A stretch of 64,000 nucleotides of DNA. It comes from Thecamonas trahens ATCC 50062 (Eukaryota; Protista; Apusomonadida). Below the pieces are notes generated by a model. It saw only the letters and a list, made by a program, of their open reading frames with translations. It was not told where the DNA came from and ran no database searches. Shown in pieces: positions 43,560 through 53,402 of the stretch. The stretch spans positions 73,698-137,697 of the forward strand of contig NW_013657660.1 of the NCBI RefSeq assembly GCF_000142905.1. Direction: 5' to 3'. How positions within the stretch are numbered: position 1 is the stretch's first letter; the number at the start of each line of letters is the position of its first letter. The position numbers and the translations under genes are program-made.

Positions 43560-46500
43560 CTACTTGTGATGGCCCTTGCCCTTTTTGCGCCGCCGCTTGG
43601 ACTTGCCGCCACGACTGCGACGCGACGCACCGCCGCCATCGACGACAGACGTAAGTTCTGTGCTGGCGTCGGCGTCGGAGTGCACGCTCTCGACCTCAAC
43701 AGCAGCCAGCTCGGTGAGCGTAGCGGAAGTGATCAAGCCGGAGCCATCGGTGCTCTTCTTGGCCCTTCGCTTCTTACGTCCCGAGCGCGACGCGGTGGAG
43801 CGGGTCGAGCGGGTCGAGCAGGTCGAGCGGACCGACTCGGCCGAGTTGGATCGGGGCAGAGCCGCCGGCGGGTTTGCCGTTGCGACGGTGCCGGATCTGT
43901 TGCTACGGGCCTTGCCCTTTTTCTTGCGCCGCCCGCGGCGCGAGGCCCGCGACTCGTCCGAGCCGGCCGAGGCGAGCGACGAGACCGAGCCGACGTCGGA
44001 AAAGTCTGAGGCTTCCGAGCAGACCGAGGCACGAGACGACGGTCGGCGGCGGGACGCGCCGCGGCTGCGACTGGTCTTCTTGCCGCCAGTCGACAGCGCC
44101 TCGAGCTTGGCCTCGAGCTTCTGGACCTGGGCCTCGAGCCGGTTCGATTTGGCCTTGAAGGCGTCGCGGTCTGACTGCGCGATGAGGAGCTGCTCCTTGA
44201 GGCCCTGGTTGGCCGCCTCGAGGTCGGAGATGCGGGCGCGTGCCTCCTCCAGCGCAGCCTGGTACTCGGAGATGTCAGGGACAGAGGTGGCGTTGGAGCC
44301 TTCCGAGTCGGCAGTCATCCTGCGAGTGCGGGCGGTGCTGGATGCAACTTTGCGCGAGCTGCTGCTCCCGCGATGCCGCGAGTGGGTCTTCTTGGTCGAC
44401 TTTTTGCGACTCTTGGAGACGGAGCCTTTGGTGTGGGAGCCATGCTTGCGGCGCTTGCCGCGCGACGAGTGCGCGTGGTCATCCGAGATGCGCGCCTCGG
44501 CCTCAGCCTCGCTCACGGCGAGGTCGACGGCCGACGCGGTCATGGCGAGCGAGCTTGCTAGCTTGTCCTTGAGCATGACAATGGTGGCCTGCGCCGACGC
44601 AGCCTCGGCCTGGGCATCCTTCAGCTGTGACGCGAGCGCATTGTAGTCGTCGGTGGCGGCGCCGCGAAGCTGGCGGAGCAGGATCTCCCGCTCGGTTTCC
44701 ACGTCGACGAGCCTGGTCCGCAGCGCAGCGAGCGTCTCGCGGAACGACTCGGACCGTGGCGAGCGCGAGCCTGAGGACGACGGCTGCTCTAGGCCCGCGG
44801 CCGACATTTTCTTGTGGAGGACCGAGACTTCGGCGGCGAGAGTCGCCGACTCAACTTCAAACGACGCAAGTTGGCGCTTGAGCGAGTCGATGACAGTGGT
44901 GAGCGCGTCGTTGTCGGCCTTGAGGCCGCGGATGACTGCGACATGCGATGAGGCCTCCAGCTCGGTGGCCGACGCGTCCGCCGCGGACGGATGAGTTCCG
45001 TTGAGAGAGGCGCCGTCGTCGGCAGCGGTCGACGGGGTGATGAGGTTGAGGAGCGAGGGATCGACCCGCGACGAGCCTGCGTCGGTCGCAGCCTGGCGGG
45101 TCTTGCGAATGAGCCGCTCGAGCGGGGTGTTCGACGCCGACGCCATGTTGGTCAGCAGCTGCTTGAGCAGCAGATTTTCCTCGCGGAGTTGCTCGGCGGT
45201 GCGCGAGGCCGACGCAAGCGCCGATCCGGTCTCGGCCTCCTGCTCGCGGTAGGTCTTGAGGGCGCGGCGAAGAATGTGCAGCTTGCGGAGCATGGAAAAG
45301 AACGGGCGGATGCGCGAGGAGCGCAGATCCGGCGGCGGCGCGAGAGTGGAGAAAATCCCAAACGAGTCGGTGCCGTCCGCGAGCGTCCCGGCCTTGCTCA
45401 GCGCCTCAGGCAGCGACGAAATGCCGAGGTCGGCGACACGGCCGGTGGCGTAGGCGATGGCGGCGAGCATGGACGCAATGATCTCCAGGAGCGCCATTTT
45501 GGAGACCCGGACTTGCGAGGGGTCGGACGAGAACGAGTACCGCTGGATGAGGTCCTGCGTCCGAGACTTGGTCCACTTGAGCGAGACCTCGCCGCAGACC
45601 TTGCCGTAGGTCTTGTGGAGGGCGGTCATGTGGCGCTGGAGGTGCTTGATCTCGGCATGCAGAGCCTTGATCGAGTCCAGCTCGACTTTGTACGACGCCA
45701 CGGTCTCGGCCGCAAGGGTGGCGGTGATGCGGTCGACATCGATGGCGTTGAACGCCCGCAGGGGGCCCGAGTCGATCTCCGAGTGGTGAAAGTTGTTGAC
45801 GAGGCCGCGGCGTGGCGCAAGGACGCCAAACTGCGAGATGATGCCAGCGCCGCCAGTGCCGCCGTAGCCATCGTCATAGTGCTCTTGCATGTCGCCGTGC
45901 GAGTCCCACTCCGAGAGGCTGGCGGTGTTCGAGTTGATCGACCGTGACTTGGAGAGGGTCATGCCGGTCCCCTCGCTGCTGCCGATAGCACCGCCTGCCG
46001 ACGCGACGGCCTCGCTCAGGCCAGGGCCGTGGTCGACGCCGCTCGCCTGCTCGCCGCGGGCGCCTTCGTCGCCGCCGCCGCCGCCGTTCCCGGGCGAGGT
46101 GCCATACCGCTTGCGGAGCGAGGCCTCGCCACGCGCGCGGCCCTGTGGCGGATGCGGCGTGGACGGATTGGCTGAGATGGGTGGAACAGGGGCATCGGTA
46201 CTCCCGGGGCTGCCGCTAACAGTTGCGCCTCCAGAGCCACCGCTGGCGCTCGCGCTCGCGCCGCGCATCCGGATGAGCGGGAGCTTTGGCCCAGCACCCG
46301 GTGGATTTGCGGAGGGGAAGCGCGGAGCGTAGCGCGGGGTGCTCCTCCGCGACGAGCGAAAGGAGCCCGGCGAGCGGCGGCGATCGGGCGAGGGGACGGC
46401 CGGTAGCGCCGAGTGTGCGGCAGCGGCGGAGGAGAGAGCCGAGGCAGCGCCCGGAGACGGCGGGGGGGCGACGCCTGGCGCCAGAGCCGGGCTGTTGCCC

Positions 46501-46721
46501 ACAGTAGGCAGCAGCGAAGCACGGACAGCAGCAGGACGAGAAGCCAGCGAGGTGTTGATGTTGGACGATAGCCGTGGCGGCGTGAAGAGTGCAGGCGCGT
46601 CGTGGGCCAACGGAGACGCCGACTGGCCACCGCTCGGCCTGCCCACCGACGACGACGTCCGGCTTGTGCCCACAACCGCGTGGTTGGCCGCGGTGATATG
46701 CTTGTGCCGTCCGGACCGCAT
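43560..46721 (-). CDS. Hypothetical 1053-aa protein: Pro/Ser-rich N-terminus, coiled coils, Lys/Arg/Ser-rich basic C-terminus
   Basis: Long ORF with CACACC-ATG start and heptad segments (LREENLLLKQLL, LEEARARISDLEAANQGLKEQL); no family recognised. Confidence 0.8.
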   Translation of the reverse strand: MRSGRHKHITAANHAVVGTSRTSSSVGRPSGGQSASPLAHDAPALFTPPRLSSNINTSLASRPAAVRASLLPTVGNSPALAPGVAPPPSPGAASALSSAAAAHSALPAVPSPDRRRSPGSFRSSRRSTPRYAPRFPSANPPGAGPKLPLIRMRGASASASGGSGGATVSGSPGSTDAPVPPISANPSTPHPPQGRARGEASLRKRYGTSPGNGGGGGDEGARGEQASGVDHGPGLSEAVASAGGAIGSSEGTGMTLSKSRSINSNTASLSEWDSHGDMQEHYDDGYGGTGGAGIISQFGVLAPRRGLVNNFHHSEIDSGPLRAFNAIDVDRITATLAAETVASYKVELDSIKALHAEIKHLQRHMTALHKTYGKVCGEVSLKWTKSRTQDLIQRYSFSSDPSQVRVSKMALLEIIASMLAAIAYATGRVADLGISSLPEALSKAGTLADGTDSFGIFSTLAPPPDLRSSRIRPFFSMLRKLHILRRALKTYREQEAETGSALASASRTAEQLREENLLLKQLLTNMASASNTPLERLIRKTRQAATDAGSSRVDPSLLNLITPSTAADDGASLNGTHPSAADASATELEASSHVAVIRGLKADNDALTTVIDSLKRQLASFEVESATLAAEVSVLHKKMSAAGLEQPSSSGSRSPRSESFRETLAALRTRLVDVETEREILLRQLRGAATDDYNALASQLKDAQAEAASAQATIVMLKDKLASSLAMTASAVDLAVSEAEAEARISDDHAHSSRGKRRKHGSHTKGSVSKSRKKSTKKTHSRHRGSSSSRKVASSTARTRRMTADSEGSNATSVPDISEYQAALEEARARISDLEAANQGLKEQLLIAQSDRDAFKAKSNRLEAQVQKLEAKLEALSTGGKKTSRSRGASRRRPSSRASVCSEASDFSDVGSVSSLASAGSDESRASRRGRRKKKGKARSNRSGTVATANPPAALPRSNSAESVRSTCSTRSTRSTASRSGRKKRRAKKSTDGSGLITSATLTELAAVEVESVHSDADASTELTSVVDGGGASRRSRGGKSKRRRKKGKGHHK

Positions 46722-46798
46722 GGTGTGGGGGAGGGAGGGAGGGGGGGGGGGGGGGCGGGGGGGGGGGGGGGTCGAGGGGAGGTGGGAGGTGGGTAGGA

Positions 46799-46898
46799 NN
46801 NNNNNNNNNNNNNNNNNNNNNNNNNNNNNNNNNNNNNNNNNNNNNNNNNNNNNNNNNNNNNNNNNNNNNNNNNNNNNNNNNNNNNNNNNNNNNNNNNN
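46799..46898. other. Assembly gap (100 N)
   Basis: N run. Confidence 1.
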
Positions 46899-47055
46899 TC
46901 AGGGAGTGGAGTGGTAGAGGCAAAGTGAGCAACGGAAATGAGAGGTTCATTGACTGGCGAAGAGAGTGTGAGGTGGAGGAGTGCCAGCCAGGCACTCCCC
47001 CCCCCCCGTCCCTCCCCGGCTCCGGCCCCCAAAGGGGATCGAGTTTTGGGCACTC

Positions 47056-48844
47056 TCAGCACTTTTGGCCCCAGTAGTAGTTGGGTGCGATGCCGCCGCA
47101 GTGCTCGCGCATGTGAGGATAGGGCGTGACGGAGCCGGCCATGTGGAGCGGCTGCTTGATGGTGCCCATGAGCTGGCAGAGCGGAGCGTCCGGGTCGGCG
47201 TCGACGCAGGTCTGCGGGCGGGCCGGGGTCGGATCGTAAAAGTCGAGCGAGTAGACGTCCCAGTTGGTAAACTCGGTGCACTGGATGTGCGGGGTGAGGG
47301 AGCCAAAGGCGCCACCGGCCTTGAGGAATCGACAAACGTGGACGTCGCAGACCGAGGCCGGGATGGGCTTGTCGGGATGGGCCCAGCCGGGCATGAGGTA
47401 GCGCCAGTCGTCCTGCTCCGGGATGGAGAGGACGGCGCCGAGGCTGAGGTTGCGGGCGGCCATCTCGGCGTAGAGCTGGTAGCAGTCGAGCCCGGTTGTG
47501 TTGAGCCTGTGATTGAGCATCTGGTTCCACATGAGCTCGGCGGTCGGCGGCGAGATCTTTTCGAGGAGCGCAAAGACGATGCCCACGAGCTGGAGCGAGA
47601 GTGGCTCCGGGTAGTTGTCGTCGGGCGAGTCAATCCAGCCGACGAGAAAGTTAGCAAAGCCGTAGACAGTGCCGACGACCTCGTCGAGGTAGGCGGCCAT
47701 GGCAGACTCGTTGAGCGCGGCGCGGACGGCGGGCTTGAGCGGAAGGTGGACGACGTTGTACGAAGCCGCGTGGGCCATCTCGATCCACTTGTCGATGGGG
47801 TTGATCTGGATGAGGTTGACCGGCCAGTAGTGCGACTTGGTCTGCGACTCGGTAATGTAAACGCCGGGCGGGTAGGTGACGCCGTTGACGGTGGTGGGCA
47901 CGCTCGGCTTCCACACCGCTACCGTGTGGCCGGTGAGGAGCGAGCCCATGCCCCAGGCGATCATGGGATCAAGGCCGTCGAGGCGGATGATGCCGAAAAA
48001 GTCGCCGTTCTCCAGCGTCGGCACAATCTGGCTCATGTTGACCAGGCCGGCGTCCCGCGGCTCGAGCGTGATCTGCATTTTCTCCTCCAGAAAGGCCACG
48101 TTGAGCGCGGCCTCGTGAGCCGAGACGTCCGGCGGCCCGATCGGGAGGTTGCCCTGCAAGAACATGGCGAGGGTGTCGGCAAAGGCGACCACGTCGGCAA
48201 GGACCTCTGACTTGAAGTGGAAGACCCGCATGCCGTTGGCCTTGAGATCCGCCAGCTCCACCGGCGACAAGCCGCGGAGCGTCACCCGGTGCCGCCCAGC
48301 CAAAGCAAACTCGTGGACGTGAAAGGTCTCGACCGAGCCGAACAGATACAGATCCTCACAGAGCGGCGAGGCCTTGCCGGCCACGTCCATGGTAATCTCG
48401 ACGCAGCTTGCGCCGCACTCGGCCATCGACGCCGTCGCAGTCTCAAAGCAATGCCGCGAGAACGACTGGCCGCTCCACGCCTTGCTCACACCCACGCCGG
48501 GAGCGCCGTGACAAAGGTCGGAATAAACTCGAAAAAGTCGTCGGGATGGACCTTGCCCAGCTCTGCCGGCTTGCCGCGGGCGGCGAGCCAGGATGACACC
48601 ACCTTGTTCCGCTCTTCCCATCGGGCGAGCCTCTTTCGAAGCGGCAGGCCGTGCGCAGCCTCTGCCGCTCTTGCCGCGCTCGCCACCGTCACCGTCGTCA
48701 CGTGCGCCAACTCGCCGCATGTCACCTCTGTCCACGGAAAGAAGGCCGTCTGGGTGCAGGCCACGGGCGCAGCAGCAGCAGCAGCAGCCGTTGCGAGAGT
48801 GAGAGCAAAGGCGGAGAGGAGGATGGAGGGGGAGGGGGGTGCAT
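47056..48844 (-). CDS. Secreted conserved protein of the At1g70160/At4g27020-like family, probable permuted papain-like (NlpC/P60) fold; two apparent frameshifts (~48836, ~48500)
   Basis: Signal peptide ILLSAFALTLATAAAAAA after frame repair. Motifs GDFFGI, GHTVAV, VHLPLKP, YGFANFLVGWID..DNYPEPL, MWNQMLNHRL, IPEQDDWRY, SVCDVHV..FLKAGG, IQCTEFTNWDVY, CQLMG, PYPHMREHC…KC* parallel that family as recalled. Confidence 0.75.
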
Positions 48845-49089
48845 GGTGTGGGGAGGGGTGTGGGTATGGGAGGTGGGAGAGGGGAGGGGGGAGGGGGGGA
48901 GGGGGGAGGGGGGAGGGGGGGGGGGGGGGGAATGATCAAGAGGAAACGATCAAGTGGTTGGCAGGCGAACGGGTGAATGATGGTGGTGGTGATGGTGGTG
49001 GTGATGGTGATGGTGGTGGTGGTGATGGTGATGGTGGTGATGGTGGTGATGGTGCGTGGTGATGGTGGTGATGGTGGTGAATGATGGCA

Positions 49090-49217
49090 GCGAACGATTA
49101 TAGCGAACGATTATAGCGAACGATTGTAGCGAACGATTGTAGCGAACGATTGTAGCGAACGCTTGTAAAGGAACGATTGTTGCGAACGATGGCAGCGAAC
49201 GATTGATGGCAGCGAAC
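49090..49217. repeat. 13-bp tandem repeat (gcgaacgatt[ag]ta), ~9 degenerate copies, in a divergent intergenic region
   Basis: Directly visible; preceded by a GGT/GAT trinucleotide tract (48975-49085). Confidence 0.9.
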
Positions 49218-49292
49218 AACAGACAGGGCGACGAGGGGGAGAGGGCGAGGTGGGCTTGAAGCGACACACCTTTCTCACCACAACAGAGACTG

Positions 49293-49893
49293 ATGGCTTC
49301 CAGAGGTTCGAAGCGTATGTAGGAGGTGGAGTGGCATGTGCGAGAGGGGGAGGGGGGAGGCGGTGGTGCGCGCGTGGCGCAAGCTGCGGCAGGTGCGGGA
49401 CGGGCAGGACGACAAGGTGCTCACCGAGTGAGCGGGGATGGGGACACTGAAACGACGGGTGGTAGGAGAGGTGTATCATCCAGGAATCCGGTGCGATGGC
49501 TGCTCGGAGGAGCCGATCACAGGGACGAGGTACCTGTGCAAGGACGACGGGTGCGAGCTGAGCGAATCGCTCTGCAGCGAGTGCTACGAGGCCAACAAGG
49601 GCGTGCCGACCCACATGTACGCCAAGCTCGAGACGCCCATGTCGATCCTCACCTTTCTCCCGCCGCGAATGGACAAGGAGACCGTGTATCATCCACAGAT
49701 CGTGTGCACTGGATGCGGCGCCACGCCCATTGTCGGCCCGCGCTACCAATGCGCGAGCAAGACGTGCGCAGACCACGTCAACCTGTGTGAAGAGTGCTAC
49801 CAAGCCGGCCAGCATGCCACCTCCCATCCCTTCTCACTCATCGCCGAGCCGCACGCCTTTAAGGTTGCCCTCAATCCGCGCGATGACCCATAA
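49293..49893 (+). CDS. Small protein with two ZZ-type zinc fingers; join(49293..49314,49466..49893)
   Basis: HPGIRCDGC..EPITGTRYLC…C…LCSECY and HPQIVCTGC..TPIVGPRYQC…C…NLCEECY…H…HPF. Intron 49315-49465 (GTATGT…GGTAG) gives MASRGSKR|EVYHPG in frame. Confidence 0.88.
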
Positions 49894-50132
49894 CCCGTAA
49901 ACAGCACCACGACACCCGGAGACGCAGGCCACCTAGGCCACCCAGGCCACCCACCTGCCACCACCCATCAACCACCAGCCATCAACCACCAGCCATCACC
50001 CATCACCCATCACCCATCACCCATCACCCATCCCTCACCACTCGCACACCACTCGCTCACCACTCGCTCACCACTCGCACACCACTCGCTCACCACAGCA
50101 TCGGCCTCTGCCTCTCATTCATTCACAACAAG

Positions 50133-50168
50133 GTACGACCATGCCAACGGGCAAGAAAGGCGCCACAG

Positions 50169-50211
<43 letters not shown>

Positions 50212-50578
50212 GAGCCATTGTCACAGCCATAGCCACAGGCACACTCCCTACACACTACCATCACACACACACACACACACACACACTATCCCCTCCACCA
50301 CACACCACACACCATACACACCCCATCCCGTCCCCTCCCCGTCCACCCCCATAGGGTTGAGGCGGTGGATGATGCATTTTCTGCGACGCAGGCAACGCTC
50401 TTCCTCCTCCCCCTCCCCACCCCCACCCACCACCACCACCACCACCACCACCACCACCACCACCACCACCACCCCACACACACACGCACATACACACACT
50501 CTCCGTCCTCCGTCCACCCGTCTCAAACATACTCACTCCTCCTCCTCCTCCTCCTCCTCCTCCTCCCCATGCACACAG
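50133..50578 (+). other. Putative 5'-UTR intron of the HMGR gene, filled with CA/CCA/CCT microsatellites
   Basis: AAG|GTACGA donor, TACTCAC branch-like motif (~50530), pyrimidine tract, and ACAG acceptor 5 nt before the ATG. Confidence 0.55.
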
Positions 50579-50583
50579 TAGCT

Positions 50584-52029
50584 ATGCTGGGACTCGGGCT
50601 GGCTCGTGTGGCCGTCCGGGCATGGGCCCAGCCGGTGGCGGCAGCGGTGACGGCTTCGGCCAGTGCGGCGTTCAGCTCGCAGGCGGCGGTGGCGGCCGAG
50701 AAGGCGGCGGCAGGCGAGGCCAAGCGCCCGGTGGACATGACCGATGAGGAGATCATGGAGGCTGTGGTCAACGGTGAGGTCAAGTTCTTTGATCTGGAGA
50801 ACGAGCTCGAGCAGGACTACGAGCGGGCGGTCCGCATCCGGCGGCGCATTGTCGACGACCAGATCTCGACCTTTGTCGACGCCAAGGACACCCTCGCCGA
50901 TCTGCCGTACAAGGGCTTCGACTACTCGAACATCCACGGGCGGTGCGCCGAGAACGTCGTGGGCTACATGCCCATTCCCGTCGGCGTCGCCGGCCCGCTC
51001 CTGGTCGACGGCACCGTGTACCAGGTGCCAATGGCCACCACCGAGGGCGCCCTCATTGCGTCGACGGCACGCGGATGCAAGGCCATTACCCTCTCCGGCG
51101 GCGCGACGACCGCCATCACCAAGGACGCCATGACCCGCGCCCCGGTCCTCCGCCTCGAGTCGCTCTCGGAGGCCACCAAGTTTGTCGAGTACATCGAGCG
51201 CAACTTTGAGGAGGTCCGCGCCCAGTTTGAGTCGACCTCGCGCTTTGCCAAGCTCGTCTCGATTGACGCTCGCTTTGCCGGTAACCTTGTGTACCTGCGC
51301 TTTGCCTGCAAGCCTGGTGCGGCCATGGGCATGAACATGACCGGCAAGGGCGTCGAGAAGGCGCTCGCCCACCTCTCGGAGAACGCCCCCTTCGACTTTG
51401 ACGTCATGGCCCTCTCCGGCAACGTCTGCACCGACAAGAAGTTTGCTGCCATCAACTGGGTCGAGGGCCGCGGCAAGTCCGTCTCGGCCGACGCCGTCAT
51501 CAAGGGCGACGTCGTCCGCACCCTCCTCAAGTCGTCTGTGAAGTCCATGGCGTATGTCAACTACTGCAAGAACCTGGTCGGCTCGGCAGTCGCCGGCTCA
51601 ATAGGCGGCCAGAACGCGCACGCCTCCAACATCGTCACCGCCGCCTTTATCGCCGCGGGTCAGGACCCGGCCCAGAACGTCGAGTCGAGCGCGTGCCTCG
51701 TCACCATGGAGGACATCAACGACGGCCAGGACCTGTACGTCTCGGTCAACATGCCCTCCATCGAGGTCGGCACCATCGGCGGCGGCACCACCCTCCCCGC
51801 CCAGTCCGCCTGCCTCAAGATGATGGGCGTCCACGGCTCGGGCGAGGACGGCAACAACGCCCAGCGCCTCGCATCCATCGTCGCGGCCACCGTCATGGCC
51901 GGCGAGCTCTCGCTCTGCGCCGCCCTCTCCTCCGGCCACCTCATGTCCGGTCACATGAAGCTCAACCGCGGACCCGGTCGCAGAGACCATGACCGCCTTG
52001 CTGGCGTTGCTGAGAAGGCAAACCTGTAA
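50584..52029 (+). CDS. HMGCR: Class I 3-hydroxy-3-methylglutaryl-CoA reductase, catalytic domain only, with mitochondrial-type presequence (481 aa)
   Basis: CAENVVGYMPIPVGVAGPL, PMATTEGALIAS, STSRF, AMGMNM, SGNVCTDKK, GQDPAQ, EVGTIGGGT, LMSGHMKLNR. Confidence 0.97.
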   Translation: MLGLGLARVAVRAWAQPVAAAVTASASAAFSSQAAVAAEKAAAGEAKRPVDMTDEEIMEAVVNGEVKFFDLENELEQDYERAVRIRRRIVDDQISTFVDAKDTLADLPYKGFDYSNIHGRCAENVVGYMPIPVGVAGPLLVDGTVYQVPMATTEGALIASTARGCKAITLSGGATTAITKDAMTRAPVLRLESLSEATKFVEYIERNFEEVRAQFESTSRFAKLVSIDARFAGNLVYLRFACKPGAAMGMNMTGKGVEKALAHLSENAPFDFDVMALSGNVCTDKKFAAINWVEGRGKSVSADAVIKGDVVRTLLKSSVKSMAYVNYCKNLVGSAVAGSIGGQNAHASNIVTAAFIAAGQDPAQNVESSACLVTMEDINDGQDLYVSVNMPSIEVGTIGGGTTLPAQSACLKMMGVHGSGEDGNNAQRLASIVAATVMAGELSLCAALSSGHLMSGHMKLNRGPGRRDHDRLAGVAEKANL

Positions 52030-52087
52030 ACGCGACTATCGACTGCCGCTCGCTCCTCCCCCCCCCCCCCCCCCCCCTCCTTCCCTG

Positions 52088-52915
52088 CTACCTCTTGATC
52101 CGCTTCTTGCCGTACCGGATCGACCGCTGCACCTTTTTGAGAATCGGCGCCTTGGTCGTCGTCGGCAGCCGCCACCGCACAGGCTGCAGCACGTCCGGCA
52201 GCGCGAGCAGCCGTGCTGCAGGAATGCGAACACTCACCCCCTTGAGCAGCCACACGTCGTAGAGCCAGTGCCGCATCAACCGGAACGAGCCCGTGCCGGC
52301 CACAGAAGCAAAGACCCGTGACGGCTGGCTGTGCCGCGACGGCACGTCGCGGTCCTCCCGCGCCGCCCGCTCCAGCACCCGCCGCTCCAGCTTGAGCGCG
52401 TCGACAGAGGCCACCGCATCGCGTGTTGACTGCTCCTCCGCCAGCGAGGCAAAGAGCTCTTCATCCCACACCGACGCGCCCGGATCCCACTCGCCGTCGC
52501 CGCTCCCGCTCACGCTCCGGCTCCGGCTGCCCGAGCCCGACACGTCCGAGCTCGACTCCCCGCCGCGGGCAATGGCAGACGCGATCGAGGGGCCGGCCAT
52601 CATTCCGCCGGCCGTCGACCCACGCCGATGGCGCTGCCGCGCCGGAAGCACCGACGGGAGCTCGGCCGGCTGGATGCGGAGCTTCTCCGAGGCCACAAGG
52701 AAGCGCGACTCGCAGGCGACAGCGTCGGCCTCGACCAGCCAGCGGACCTCCAAGACATGCGAGTCGTCGACCACCAGTGGCGGCACGTCGGTGCTCTCCA
52801 CCAGCCACTCCTCGGTGTTCTCGTCGAACCGCATGGAGATGTCAAAGAACGGGTGCTCCTCCGCCCCGAGGTGCAGCACCCCGTGCCAGAACACAAGCTT
52901 CTCCTTCCGCGGCAT
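52088..52915 (-). CDS. Hypothetical protein; may extend upstream to ~53345 across two further one-base frameshifts
   Basis: 275-aa ORF with typical codon usage. The upstream frames 52600-53223 and 53076-53357 step in the same direction as the other frameshifts. Confidence 0.55.
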   Translation of the reverse strand: MPRKEKLVFWHGVLHLGAEEHPFFDISMRFDENTEEWLVESTDVPPLVVDDSHVLEVRWLVEADAVACESRFLVASEKLRIQPAELPSVLPARQRHRRGSTAGGMMAGPSIASAIARGGESSSDVSGSGSRSRSVSGSGDGEWDPGASVWDEELFASLAEEQSTRDAVASVDALKLERRVLERAAREDRDVPSRHSQPSRVFASVAGTGSFRLMRHWLYDVWLLKGVSVRIPAARLLALPDVLQPVRWRLPTTTKAPILKKVQRSIRYGKKRIKR

Positions 52916-53402
52916 GCCAAGCCTCGCCGCCCTGCTCTGCCCAGAGAGAAGTGTTGGTGGTGGCCATTTGGCGCCGCCCTGCCCGCCAATTGGCCCACCT
53001 GTTTATCGTTCGGAATGGACATTGTCCATCGCGCAAGCCGCGCTCCATGACGCTCCACAGACGTCGCAATGTCCATCAAGCTCGTCCGTCGCAAGACGCC
53101 TTTGCGATCTCCCGTCCGGCCGCTGTGTTCAACTCTGTCATGCTCTCCTTCCCGGTCGTCGGGGTCGTCAACGACGAGCTCCGCACCGTCCGCGCCCGCC
53201 GCCGTATCGGCGCCGTGCGGCACCTCGCGCGCCTCGCGCGTGCTCCCAGGCGTCCGTCACCGCGACGGCAACTCGTCAGGCGGGCATCTACATGTCGGCC
53301 GCCATCATGTGCGGGCGCGCCTCCCAACGGGAAGTCAAGCATCATCGAGATGTTCACATTGAGATGCGCGACGACGCGTCCAAACGACCGTACCGTTAAG
53401 GA

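Noticed and set aside
49090-49217. Possible CRISPR array (also 30098-30212 and 60891-61055)
   Set aside because: Head-to-tail tandem repeats without unique spacers, no cas genes, eukaryotic context
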